From Iphione sp. A-MEVVRFRX5 (Eukaryota): DNA of 64,000 bases. The notes beneath the pieces were generated by a model. The model ran no database searches, was not told where the DNA came from, and worked only from the letters and a program-made list of their open reading frames with translations. Location: assembly GCA_976226885.1 (NCBI GenBank), contig OZ320318.1:72912001-72976000 (forward strand), read 5' to 3'. The translations under genes and the position numbers were made by a program. Below are positions 1 to 13,770 of the stretch, one piece after another. Position 1 is the first letter of the stretch. Each line of letters opens with the position of its first letter.

Positions 1-3000
1 CTGTCCTCACTGTCATTAGAGTCTTCTTGAGGTTTTTCTGGTTCTGATGCTTCAGAGGAATCGTCATCATGTCCTCAAAGTGCCTGCAAAGACTTCAGAG
101 GGAGGTCATCTACGCACACACTTTACAGTATGTAGACTGGGTACAGAGACAATATGAACATGTCAGACACCACCATATACATCATGATTGAATGTTTTCT
201 TTTGTTAGAAATCATCAATAGTACACAAATTTACGAATATTCTGTGAAAACTTGATTAAAATCGATTAATTATTTCATATTGATTTTACCCAATTTTCAT
301 TAAAAAAAAGTCATTATAATGCTTTAATGCCCTACACACCTTCTCCTGGGGAATGCCGTTTCACCATTTGCGGCTAATCCCCGAGACTGCCTTTGGGCAA
401 TATCCGCCGCCATTGGGTTCAAATGTACAAATGCCACACAATGGACACCCTCAGTTTCTGACCCAAACTGTCCTTATAACTGGTACTGTTGACACTGTGA
501 CATTATTATCAACTGCATTTTACATCATACGTTCTTTATCAATTTGCCCTTATTTCTGGAAAAAGAAGCATTGTTGTCTGTCTGTATTGTTTAATTTGAC
601 TAGTCACTATTATGCTACCATTGACCTATTTGTTGTCAGCTGTCCACGTCTCTGTTCATACCCTTGTAGAAATCTAAATTACCGGAACTATGTACTTCAC
701 CCATCCCAATCCAATTGCAAAACGCTTATTTATTCACTAAAGGATTGGTAAGAGGGACATTGATTGCATGTACATGCTTGTATCTTGATGTGTTCGTATC
801 TATCTCTGTACTTGTCATAACTAAACATGGATTGCAAGAGCAGATTGTGTGGACTTTGGGTCAAGTTTTTTTTTCTGAAAATGGCACATGATTCTTATTT
901 TTAGACATTTTGCACACATTTGTTCCCAGAAAAGAAACACTGAAAAGTGTCATCCATCCGGTATGCCTTTAATATGCGTCTATGTTGCTTTTCTAGCCCT
1001 TTTCTCACCTGCCTCTGTGCTGATTTTTGTATATGTGTTTCTAAAAACAGAATAGCATTGGTTCGCTCGTCTATTCATACACACATCTATTGTTATGGAC
1101 AATCAAACCAAGTGCACGACTCCAAGCTCTGCTTTCCAATTTTCTTTATTCCAAAACACCAGTAACTTATATATTCTTCCTTATGATCACAATCTGTATC
1201 TTTATCAACCAATCTCATCAAACGGATATCCTAGAGTAATACATTATAATAGGGAGGGTGCTCATTAGAACTATCTAAAAACTGCCTACCCAGTCATCTA
1301 ATGGATCGTATAAACACATTAATTTATTAAAAATCTAGCACAGAACCAGATTAATGGAGTGTGTCTCTTTAATCTGAATACCACGTTGTTGTGATGTTCT
1401 CCATATAAGTAACGGCATATGTGTACACGCAGTTACTGCAGTTAATGAACTACTAGTCTGCCAGGCAGCCTAAATGTCACTGTGAAAACAGACCATGGCT
1501 CGCTGGATAAATTTACATCAAAACAGTGTGTGAGGCGTTGAAGTGCGAATTGTATGTCCGTATGTACCTGTGTACGAGGTATTATCTGCAGGAAATATTC
1601 AGTGGTACACAGTTTGGACTCAGTATCCTAATGGCTGCTGTTTCAATGATTTCTGTTTATTTTTCGATGATGAGTGCCATTTCTATAGGAGAATGCCACT
1701 TTCGATTCGGTGAATTCATTCCAGCATAGCCTCTTTTTCGGTTTTTAGTGTTCAGAAGTGAAGGTTTGACTGTATATAATCTCTGAAATATACTGTACCT
1801 TCTTTCCCAAACGCATTATCATGCAGAACAATGAGTGCACTTCAAAAGAATCTACAACAGAACCTCGCTTTTCTATCACCTTTCTATTCCACCACCCTCA
1901 GTATTTACACACAATTCCATGGAACAAATTGATTCCATTAAAATTCAATATAATGTTCCCTCAGTAATGCAGGCATAAAGTCAGGTAGAAATGGAATTTC
2001 CTCACTTTGCAACACTCCTCTTGAGATTGTTAGCCATCTTGTCCATCTCACTGAAGTGTCTTATTTATCTACCCATTGTTGCTAGATGAACTTCCCACCT
2101 GACTGAGGTGTTATATTTGTGTCCTGACTATCCTTAAATGTCCTTTTAACCTCAATGAACGGCTAAATTTGTCTCCCCACTACCCTTAACAACCTGTATA
2201 TATTTGAATATATATATAATCTGTATATGATTCATAATTGTGTCTTCTGTGTACCTTATTAGAGCTCCCCCAGTATTCCACTGCTCTAATTATTCTAAGC
2301 ATAATTACCTGGAATCAAGCAATGTTGGAAAAGTGAGGTTTTACTGCACACTTATTTTTTTCTTTTACATTCAAGACTTGGCAAATATCAGCATTTCACC
2401 AGAAAAAAAAATAAAAGAAACACTTAAATTCAGAGTTAAATGGCGATACGTTGGGGGTCCCTTGTACAGGTTTACTAAAAGAAATACAAATCCTTTAATC
2501 TGAACATCTTCTAATTAGGACATCCCACATAATAAGACAAAAGAAAGAACCAAGTCTGTAAATCTACATTAAAAGATTCCATTTTGTTCTAGGCATCCCT
2601 TGTAAAGGAAGGCGTTGTCGTCAGTCTCTTTGTTGTCCTTGTTAGAGAGATCGCATTGTAAATGTTTGTGTATTATATACATAAATATATTTGAAAAGCC
2701 TAAACGAAACAACTGGATACCGTTCAGTAAAGGTATGGAATAATTTTACTAGGAATATGTCAAAAATGAAACGAAAACTTTAAATAATTTAAAAAATCAT
2801 CTCTGAAATTTGATAATGATAATACTACTACATGTTGCTGTAAATTATCCTTTTTTGATCGTATACGCTTGCAATCGTCAGCTGCAAATGGAGCTACACG
2901 TGTGTATTATGTAAATTGCCATTGGCCTTATAGCTTCCATGTCAGGTGAAGTGAAGTACCTTGGAATCTCTGATATAGATAGCAGAGGGACTGCACCAAA

Positions 3001-5989
3001 ACTGCCCATACAGAGGGATGTCTGGAATAGCAGGAGTATTATTTTAAACATGTTCTTACAAACTTGGTATTTTCATATTCGCTTTTGTGTTTATATGCAC
3101 GTGCGTTTGCGATTCAAGATATTTAATCATGAGCCAGTTTCATGCATGTATTTTGTGTATGAATTTGCACATTACATACACAAAATCAGATTGAAAAAAC
3201 AGACTATTTCCCCCTGCAGATTTTCTCCTCGTCAAGGCAAGAAAAATATCTTTATCTGACGGAGAGCTGATCAACAGATCTGCACAGGGACTAATTTTTT
3301 GAATGAAGATCTCAGCCGGACTTTAACACCCATATCGGGGACTGATAGCACCCATCGCGGCCGCTCTGTACGGTCTGTGCTGTCAATATAATCCCACTGA
3401 TTATGGCATTAATCCGACCGCAGAGCGCACTAGGCGCGAGCCAAATGACTTAGCGACGTGGAACTAGCGGCCTGTTCATCACATCAACGAACGAAGCTAA
3501 TGAGGGCAGACAGAGTGGCGCCTCGGCACACAGAGAAAAACCTCCCCCACCGCCACCTACACCAATACCCCCACCATCATTGCTCCGTTCCTCTTCACCT
3601 CCCGCTGCCAACACGACTACCTTCAGCCACCAGCCCAGACAAGGCTTGGGAGGTAGAGAGTAGGCTTGCTTGAGAGCTGCCTGAACGCCACATCGCCTCA
3701 ATAGGGCACGCCGAATTCAAATACGTAGAGTAGGCGCCAACTTCAATACGAAAACTACCCGGCTGGATTTGTATTCGGTCTGGCTGCGCCTGACGTCCGT
3801 TGTCTCCTCCCGCCTCCCATTTGCTTTCATTCTCAAATATGAATTTTCTCTCGACACGCAACATCCCTCGGAGAAGGCATCTCCAATTCATTTGACTTCA
3901 CCTCGTGCATGCATATCTTATTGGATGTCATCATCATAGGCTCATATCTCTTTTTTCTCCAGGCAATAGTTCCAGGGACCATTGTACCATCTCTCTACAG
4001 AGCCGTACTGTCCCTCTATTTGACCTAATCATCCCGGGAAAAGGGCATATTATATAGACAGGTCTTTATTTGTTGGAAAGGTCCAACAAAGTGATCGCCG
4101 TATATATATGTATAGGTAGAAGAATAAGGATGATGAAATAATACGCCGGCCTACGTGAACGACGGCCATGTTTACATGTACACGTACAGTCAATTCAGTT
4201 TCATGTGTATGTATAAGTATCTAGGGAGCTTCGCCGATTCAACATGTCATCAGTCTCGATTTCAGGCCCTTGAGATCAAACCACATATTTTCAGATAGAA
4301 ACGTAATCCGCATCACTTCACATTGTATTGATTTGACAGATTGAAGCTGAAACTAACCTGATGTACTATAGGAAGGGGAGTCGGAATGTTGGGTTGGCTG
4401 AATTTCAGTGTAAACTGCCAGATCGCTCGGCTGGCCCGTAGACTGTTATGTGCCTTTGGAGAGCAGATTAACATCCAGGCCCGCCCGTTCTATATGCTTA
4501 TTGAAGGTGCGTGGTGGGACCCATTGTGTAACGGATGGCTCGTCAACTGGTGCTGGGAATAGTGCGACTGGGGCCATATCATCGGCGTATAGTTGTGACC
4601 GCCCGCCAAGCCTGGCGTTCGAGTGAGATATGGGTGAACTGTGGACAGGGTGTGGATATATGGCGGCCAAGCCTGCACCCTCACAGTTGACGGCCGCCAT
4701 CGGAGGTCCCTTTCTTGGTTTTGCTGTAGTGGTTTGCCTCTGTGTCTGTCTTACACTACTCAATTCATTATAATAGTTTATGTCTTAATATGTATGTATG
4801 GGGTAATACGTAGGTGGGATATTCTGAGGTACTTGTGCATGTGAACCCCTCCCTTACCCTGTGTATGTGTATGTGTGTATGTGTTCGTCTGTGTACACTC
4901 TACTGCGTGTGAGAAAACCAGCCCCATTTGCATGTACACAGGTATTTGGAAATGTATTGATATTCCATAAATGTCGGGGGATGATGTCCAGACTCACCAA
5001 CTGATGCAGCACCTGCTATAGTGACGTCCATTTTGACTTAACAAAGGAACTCCTTTTTATTTGTACATGAACGTAGCAAGGCAAAAAACGAGGATACTAG
5101 TTTGAATGGTCACAACTAACAAGTGCGCTATGGCCTCCATATACACAGACAGGAGGATCAATATAGACGATTCAAGTGCGATGCCCCCCTCTGAATAGAG
5201 TGAGGCCTAGACAAATTACAATATAAACAGGTTCAAGCAGATTGAAATAGGTTAGTTCATCGATGAAAAAACCCAATCGTTGGGGACCATTCTACGTCAG
5301 TTTTGTTCTATTTAGTTAAACTCACATGGCCTGCCCCGAAGATATAATGCAAAAATAGTTTCTCATCCAAGTGTCACACCATATCAGAGCAGAGTTTTGT
5401 AATGGTCTTCGCCCCATAGTTCACTCAAATGTATACATCAGCACCATAGACATTGGTTGGTGCCAGTGCACACTGTATTCTATCATAGTATGGATTATGT
5501 CAACCAGATCGAGAGGATTGATACTGTACAGGGGGTAAATAAACAAAGTGTTTCCAAGAGCCTATGTGCAAAAATGATAAGCACCACAGAGACAAGGAAT
5601 TATTTGGTAGGAAATGGCAAATTCTTGAATACCACATGGGCTTACCTTCATATTTTTGTGTTGTAAAAGAAATCCATGTATGCTTTCTAAAACCAAGACA
5701 AATCTCTGTATTCTCTTTAAATCATAGAGTTAGCATGATGAAAGTCTGTTCAAGGAAAATATGTTTAAATCCCGTGTGTTGATGGTGTGGTAAATATTCG
5801 TGGTCAGTACAGGGCAGAGTCGGGTCGGACTTTCATTGAAAAGAGATCAACGCGTCATGGACAAGCTTCGGGAAAGTTGTTGTGGTATTCTTTTGCGTTT
5901 TGTCTCGAGTAATTCGATCGTACTGCCTCGATGGCGTTTTAGCACGGAAGCAAAACACACAGTCCGATAGAAACTCTAGTGTCACGATC

Positions 5990-7060
5990 GAAGTTTAAGA
6001 GACCTAAAGGGCAAGAAAATAAGGGGAAAAATATCTGGACGTGAGCACATTTCACGTGTAATCCCCGAGGTCGAGCACGTGACTGGTCGTATGTTGTCCG
6101 CTGGTGCGGCGCGTGAGATGGCAGAAGGACGGCACCAGCAAGTGTCCACAATGTCTCCCCCTTCTTACCTAGCCACATGGAAGCTTACCCGCATCACCCC
6201 AACCCCCACCACCACCACCACCACCACCACCACCAAAAGCCCTCTTTCCTTATACTTCTTCCTCCTCGTGTTGACCTGGTTCTCTCCTTTCCAGCCATCC
6301 CCCCTCGTCCGGCCTTTGTCACTAGGCCGTGGTGGGCCGTACAGAGAGGCATGCCTGCAGAGCGGGACAACACGCCTGGCCACACAGACCCACCACCGGC
6401 CAAGGAAATTCGCTAGACCTTGTTTACATTGGCCGTCCCGCTACGCCACGTTCAAAGGTCACGTGCTTTCCACGCGCCCACGCCTCGACGACGCCCGTAA
6501 GGCGCGCCACCTACCGACGTGAAGCTGCATCGAGGAGGGCGGGTAGGCGGGTGGTGTTTGTCGTGTCGTCTGATGGTGCAGGGAGGCATGGAGGCGGGGG
6601 GGGGGGGTAGCGGGTGGTGTAAGAGAAGAGGAGGGTCTACCGGCGGGTATGGAGGATTTCGGAATGGCAGAGGGCTGGACGGTGCGTTGGGACAAAAAAA
6701 AGACGGGAGGGCGAAGGGATGGGGTTAGGGGGCAGATACTTTGTATAGCCTCAGGGCTGCGGGCATCAGGCCAAATATTTGACCAGCGCCGCACCGCTGG
6801 CCCGTCCCTCGGTCATACCCGACGGCGGTCGGTCGGACGGACGCGGTAAAGGTCATGCAAGCATTACTGGGCGGGCCCCTCCTCAGTGTCCATCAGGGAC
6901 TCTCCAAGTAATTCCAGTGGATGGCGCCGGACACGACAGGGGCGACACACGGAGCTGCTGGAGAGTGAATTGGGAGCAAAAGGGGGGTTCGCACTGTGAG
7001 AGGAGGGGCCTGCCTACACACAGAGGCTCAGTCTCGGCCCCAGCGAGAGCAACATAAAAC
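5990..7060. promoter_or_regulatory. CpG/GC-rich island with promoter- or enhancer-like motifs
   Basis: High CG density relative to the flanks. CACGTG at 6053, 6076 and 6460, TGTTTAC at 6421, ATTGG and CAAAGGTCA. Function is inferred only. Confidence 0.45.
6207..6235 (+). repeat. (CAC)n microsatellite
   Basis: About 9 perfect CAC units. Confidence 0.95.
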
Positions 7061-7217
7061 GCCATTAGCAATACTGCATAATGTCCTCATCAAAGGAGAA
7101 CGCCCATAGCCAATATGCTCTGTATGCCCTGCACTAGAATTCCACTTAAGGGTGGAAAAACGATCGCTTTGGTTGATGTATATATATTTATATATCTATT
7201 ATATAGATACGCAGATC

Positions 7218-7295
7218 AATTATTCCTCGCCATTTGAGCTGTAGGTTAATTATTCCACACCATTTGCGAGGAGGACAATTATTCCACGCCATTTA
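7218..7295 (+). repeat. About 30-bp period triple repeat
   Basis: aattattcc(t/a)c(g/a)ccattt at 7218, 7248 and 7277. Confidence 0.85.
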
Positions 7296-10200
7296 CAATC
7301 CAGTCGCACTTCTTTTGTATTTTGCTCGACTGGATGTTGTGAACGCCTCCTCATAATATCTTCACACAGATGGACAATTTCAGTATTTTACCCCGTCCGG
7401 AGGCTTCAAACTCTGTGTGATTATAATCTTTGGGTACTGTATATTGTATATACTGAATAATAAATGGCTCGAATGCCAAACTACTTGCATCCGTGTTTCG
7501 AATTATATTTATATATTATATTATATTTATTTTGTACACAAAAATATCCCTAGCACTTGTATCAAAATAGGTTTTCCCTTCATATATTGTTTCATTCAAA
7601 GGTTCTCTTGAATGTTGGTATCTTTGTAGAAGGGAGTCTTTCAAAATCGTCTGGAAGAAACCCTTTCCTGAATACTTGCAGTAGCAAATGCGATATGGAA
7701 TTTCAACTCATTTCGTGATCGTATCCGTCGAATCATCTATACAAAGCATCTGTCAATCCTACTTCTTTGGTGTACGAAAAGCTCCGTGCTTTTTGCTCTA
7801 CAAATGGCTTCCTGTCGGAGACCGTAAAACATACACTCCACACTCTGACGCGTGTGTATTTTTTTTCCCAAGCCGGTCTCTATGTGAACCTCTTGATGAG
7901 GCCCATAATGACTGACGTTAATGCCATCCGATCTAGTCGAGCGTTTTAGGCAGCCTTCCTCCCGCCGATTTGCATATATTGGCTTACCTGAGTTGATTCA
8001 TCAGTCGTTCCTGTAATGACATAACGTTACACGCTGCCTGTCACAGCCCATAGACCTCGCTTCACGGGAATCGCTGCGAGCCACGGGGAAGGCCATCTTG
8101 GCATGTGGTGAGGGTTTCGGGTTGGTAGGGAATCGGATGAGTCCGTGGGTTGGTAGGTTAGTGGGTTGAGCGCGTGTAGAGCAAAAGTGGCCTTGCAGAG
8201 CCCCGCGATAATGTCTGTATCTCGTCGCATTACCATCACACGCGGCTCCCATATGCGTGTCAACAGCAAGTCGCCGGCTTGCACCTACCTGCAGTTAACG
8301 ACCATTTCCATATACTACTGCCCACCCGCACCCATTTCAAATGGTGCTCTTTTGGGGTAGCTACATGTCACCTCCTGCTATGCTATTCTCTTTGTCTTTC
8401 TCACCTGCTGTCTTATTCCCACACCCTCTGTTTCAGACTCGCCCCCCTTTATCTCTGACAGGCTCATTCCGACGGTCACTCAGTGTATCTCTTTCGACAC
8501 CTACTTTTTCTACTTGCGTGTTTTATAAAAGTGCAGTGATGCGTCACTTTTGATTAAATTTTTCTAAGAAGAGAGTGTTTGATGTCCACTGCCTGCTGCT
8601 GTAGCGTTGCATTTTATTTTGGGTGTGTCGTTTTGCTTAGGTGGGCGTACAGTTTGTGCTAGCCCTTTTTCTTATTTAAATTTACAACTACGAAATAACA
8701 AATACACATATTTATTTTAGGATCACCCAATTCGAACACCATTTTATACTATACCCGAACAGTAACTATCACACTATTTATATAGGGAGCTGTTTAAAAT
8801 CTCGTAAAAAGGGGCAAAATGCAATATATAATGTGTACATATTATACGTTTCAAACAAAAGCTATACAGGACACCTACTACTATAATAAATAGTGTTCTG
8901 TAATAAAAAAAGATTACATTCCTTCGAGTTGGCTTCGTGCTCACATCATTCTACATTGTGCCACCATATCGTCCGACGTGTCAGACACCTGTAGTTGTAT
9001 AGAGGGCTCATGAGTGGCACTATGAGTTCCAAGTTCATCGACGAACTATTAGCGAAAATGCACTTCCAACCTCTCCAGCGGTCTGTGAGTCATCCCGAGG
9101 TCGATGAAGAAAAAGAAATATATTATCCGTTCTCCTGGCGTTCTCATGTGTGTCCTGCTGTCCTTTCTCTTAGCTTCAAAAAGCCGTTAAATGTCATGCA
9201 GGAAAAGACAGGAGCTGTGTAGAATCCTGTTGGCCTCCTACTTAGACACATCGCCTTGATGGCTTGCCTTTTCATCTCATCGCGCCGCTGTCCTAGATCT
9301 GATCAGAACCATAACCATTAAATTACTATAGCCGACCTTCTGTCTATCTACATCGGGATTTCTTTTCATCTCACACCTACTAAATTACCAGTAAGACAAT
9401 TGTTCCTTTTCAAAATAACAGACATCTTAACTTGCTGGCGGGTGTATCTATAATTCTGTGGGCTATAATTTCTATAATTTCTATTCTTCTATCAATACGG
9501 TTATCGGCTGTATGCGACTGATGACCAGATCCGCGCCACCAAGAAGCACTCAATCAGAACTAGATGTGGGATTTTTTCCTTCCCAACGCCCACTCAGTCT
9601 TTATTTAACAAAGTTAGAGCTTTTCCAACAACTCGGAATGGGAGCGAATCCAAGGCAAAATAAGAAACAGGAGACGAGCCGGTGAGCAGGACTTTCCTTA
9701 GTCGTGCCTTTTTTACTCGCCGATAAGGACTGACGACGTTTGGCAAATTGTGACTACATGAATACAATGAAAAATAAAAAATGAACAACAAAATTAAGTG
9801 CCAGTATAGATATTTTGTTATATTTCTGGTACGCCACTCACCTTTCCAACTATCTTACATCATTAAATTATAAATGTTGTCCAAGAATGCCGAATGTAGC
9901 CTCATTGAAAGATTAATTTTGTGGTTCACAGCTACGAGAGAAAGTCTTTCCAAGTGACCATTGGCACCCATGGTTTTGCCTGAGCTTCCGATAGGGGAAA
10001 TATTCAATTCCAAGCATTAATAATTACCATAATTCTTTATGCCCTTCGGGTAATTTGTAACTTTCACGCCATCCTTTGACGCATCTAAAGCATTTGAAAG
10101 ATGGGATGTCAAGCCAGGTTTACGTCAGCATCCCATACTCAGGTGGATTTTGGAGCGGTTCAGAGATGAATAGTAAACAGTCTGAGGCAGATGCCAACCA

Positions 10201-12567
10201 GTGTTAAAGCTTGGTAGGAGCGGATGGCAGATAATGGAGAGATAGACTGCTGTGTAAAAATATAACCAAGAAATACAATTACGTATCTTTTGCGGGCTGA
10301 AAGAGGCATGAGAAGGATCCTTCAACATAGATATAACAGTGTTAAATACTCGTATTTACATGTGTAATTATACATTGTAGCACTGATTCGCGTTCTAAAC
10401 CATATAGTGTGTCTTTAATTAAATTATTGTTTACTACCTTACAATATTTTTGATTATCATTGTATACTAGAGGGGTCACTTTCGGTCCTATATATATACA
10501 TATATATAGGCATACGTATTTATGTACACGGGGCAAATGTGTGACCGCGCAAGTCAGAGGCAAAAGGAAACCATCTATTATCCATTGAATATATCATATC
10601 CTTTCAGCACATGTGGTTGTTCAGTGTGCATATGATCGCCCGTACTGAAATAGTTATCTAGGATAACCATCGGTGGCGTCTGCCCGGGCAGAGAGGGGTG
10701 CCTTGCCCTCCTCGGTGGACCTGGCACACCCCGTGCCTGCTTTGATTGAAAACTGCCGGCCAACACGCAGTTAAAGCGATTGCCTCAGCAGGTCGAATGA
10801 CAAAGGCCACTTTCCAGGGTGTGCAGGCACATGGCCCTGCCGCTCCGCCTGGCGGGTGGTGGGAATGGGGATGGGCAGGAAGTGGTTTGTACAGCTAGGA
10901 AAGAGATGGTCGGTATGTCGGTGTGTGGGTCTCGGGTAGGTAGGGTAGTGGTGGGTTTGTCAAGAGTGGCCTCAGGTCAGCCGGAGAAACCCCTGGTTTG
11001 CCGCCCCATTAATAGCCCGGTCTGCACGCAGGTGTTTGGAGTGGACTTGGGAGACGAATCTCGAAAGGGCTCCTACATCTAGAGGGGATCACGGGTGTAA
11101 ATGGGTGATATGTCAGTTTTCACTGGTGACAGAAAAGTCCTGATTGCCACAGAGAAATGGTACATTGAAAGGACAGTGGATGTTGAAGGTCTCGCACACA
11201 GACGTGATGCCGATAAACCGTGCACTCAGCACAGGAGGTGAGCAAACGTGCAGCTCTCCAATCTTCCTCTTTCTCTCCCGCATTCCCTTTTTAATCCTTT
11301 ATTTCTTCCTTGGCTTCAACTTCGCTACTGCCTGACTTTCTAATCAGACTCATCATCTTTTCTCTCATACATTTCTTTCGCTTATCCTTTAAAATGGATT
11401 TTAATTTAATTAATTAGCGTTTGAATATTTGCCTCCTATTTCATTCACATAATTAACGGCGGGTCCCTCAGTTAATGCTAGCTCTTAGCGACATATCCAA
11501 TGTACACGTGCTCATTATCTCCTCCCTGCATAACCGCCCATCATTTTGCTTCATGGACCTCAGGTGTCTTTCCTCGGCTAAAGCCTCCGACTTCCTCCCA
11601 CTCATGCATTCTAGAGAGTTGTTGATGACTTTCCATCCTATGTTTCATTGTATTACATATGTTCAGGGGAGAGCGGAAGTATAGTCAAAAAAGCAGGAAA
11701 ACAAAGTTGAACAAAGCACCTGGAAGGCGCTGCTTTTCCTTGGCAAGAGCAACATAATTTACTTATTTTTTCAACAGGCCTTTGTTCGCTTTGACTTCAG
11801 CACCTGCCATTAACATTACATTTTAAGGATAAAAATAAAATCCAGTGTATTGAAAAGCAAAGTTTCGCCATGTAAAGACAACTGTACCATAGCACTGTGC
11901 CTAGCCCACCAGTGGCAGATAAACCATGGGGCTGTTCGAATCCGTTCATAGCTCTAAATCCATTTATGCATACATGTATGTGGCCGGTCCGGTATTGATT
12001 ATGGCCTCGCATCACCACTGAGGTAGAGGTCGCTCCGACCACCCGCTTGGTGATACGACGAGGCTGACCTTTCCACAGCGTATCTACAGGTTAGATCTAC
12101 TCTGTACATCAATGCCCCGGCTCGCCGACGTCCCTTCTACCGTCCATTCTCTACCTAACCTCCCCTTTGCTGCATGCCCAGCACATGGGACGGATGGGGT
12201 CAGGAAGCTTTCAGAACTAGTGGGATGGGAGTTGGTGGAGGGAGGGGGGGGGGTCATACGGGTCGGGCCATGGGGGTTCGCGACGCACATCCGGCATCAA
12301 CCAGTGCTTTCGTCGCTGCGATGCCTTGCACCCGACATGGTATTTACTGTGATTGGTGTCAGGTGCTGTGACCCTCTGTTTGGACTGTCTGGGCGGCCGT
12401 TGGGCAGAAGAGAGCGGGTGACAGCTTGCCGTATGAAGACAGTTGCGGGGGTAATAGGGTGGCGTACGCCTAGGGGAAGCTGATGGGAAGGAACCACCAG
12501 AACAGCAAGATGGTCAGTCGTGAGAATGCTACAGGAAGGATTCAGGTAGATCCAAAGTGGCCACAGT

Positions 12568-12635
12568 GAGAGAGCGACAAAGAGAGGCAGAGAGAGAGAG
12601 AGACAGGGAGAGAAAGGGGGAGGTAGAGGGAGAGA
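12568..12635 (+). repeat. Imperfect (GA)n purine-rich microsatellite running into the gap
   Basis: gagagagcgacaaagagaggcagagagagagagacagggagagaaagggggaggtagagggagaga, then N; agaga resumes at 13246. Confidence 0.9.
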
Positions 12636-13245
12636 NNNNNNNNNNNNNNNNNNNNNNNNNNNNNNNNNNNNNNNNNNNNNNNNNNNNNNNNNNNNNNNNN
12701 NNNNNNNNNNNNNNNNNNNNNNNNNNNNNNNNNNNNNNNNNNNNNNNNNNNNNNNNNNNNNNNNNNNNNNNNNNNNNNNNNNNNNNNNNNNNNNNNNNNN
12801 NNNNNNNNNNNNNNNNNNNNNNNNNNNNNNNNNNNNNNNNNNNNNNNNNNNNNNNNNNNNNNNNNNNNNNNNNNNNNNNNNNNNNNNNNNNNNNNNNNNN
12901 NNNNNNNNNNNNNNNNNNNNNNNNNNNNNNNNNNNNNNNNNNNNNNNNNNNNNNNNNNNNNNNNNNNNNNNNNNNNNNNNNNNNNNNNNNNNNNNNNNNN
13001 NNNNNNNNNNNNNNNNNNNNNNNNNNNNNNNNNNNNNNNNNNNNNNNNNNNNNNNNNNNNNNNNNNNNNNNNNNNNNNNNNNNNNNNNNNNNNNNNNNNN
13101 NNNNNNNNNNNNNNNNNNNNNNNNNNNNNNNNNNNNNNNNNNNNNNNNNNNNNNNNNNNNNNNNNNNNNNNNNNNNNNNNNNNNNNNNNNNNNNNNNNNN
13201 NNNNNNNNNNNNNNNNNNNNNNNNNNNNNNNNNNNNNNNNNNNNN
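12636..13245. other. Assembly gap (610 N)
   Basis: Run of N from 12636 to 13245, bordered by GA repeats on both sides. Confidence 0.99.
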
Positions 13246-13369
13246 AGAGATGAACAGCAGAACCAAACCGAGCAAGGAAGGTCAGTCAAAGACTTCATCG
13301 GATCTTATCTGCTTATTTCACAACATGTCAACGTGACATTTGGAATATCCGGTATTTCTTAGATATGGA

Positions 13370-13770
13370 CCTAAGATATACCTGACCAAGTCCATTGAAA
13401 GCATTGATAGCATATTTTAACATGGTCTGTTGTTCTTCATCGATATGGACCACATAGGGATTAAGATTACTGCTGCAGATGCAAAATACACCATTAAAGA
13501 TCTCCTCTCACAGCCAACCAAACTTGGCATGTTCGTTCTTCCTACATGGAATTACACGGTATAGAAATTAGCCGTCTAATACAGTGATTTTGCACTGCCA
13601 GTGGCATTCACGTTATAATGATAGTTAGACATCAAATTCACTATGACCGCCGTATTATTGTGTAGAGCTCCATATAAATAAATATCATGTGCACCCCAGA
13701 AAACACGACGAGATGTGAAGATGTGTAGATCTTCAGATGTGGAGATCTTCAGAGGAATGAGGCAGGAAGC
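13370..13770 (-). mobile_element. Decayed MULE/Mutator-like transposase fragment
   Basis: Minus strand reads FLYRVIPCRKNEHAKFGWL*EEIFNG...SNLNPYVVHIDEEQQTMLKYAINAFNGLG. This resembles the MULE domain segment (VYALLP.K...Y...F......LNP..I..DFE.AAINAF). Contains a stop and frameshifts. Confidence 0.4.

Noticed and set aside
1-110. Acidic minus-strand frame (HDDDSSEASEPEKPQEDSND)
   Set aside because: An in-frame TGA lies just upstream and the segment is cut by the window edge. An alternative open frame after tttgcag| is unrecognisable, so no call is supportable.
2939-3040. EVKYLGISDIDSR, similar to the LINE RT KYLG motif
   Set aside because: A single short motif with no flanking RT motifs.
6079-6522. 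Poly-His/poly-Thr ORFs (MEAYPHHPNPHHHH...)
   Set aside because: Produced by the (CAC)n microsatellite; no domain and no splice support.
12297-13336. Three long ORFs (333, 248 and 259 aa)
   Set aside because: Artefacts of translating through the N gap and GA repeats.
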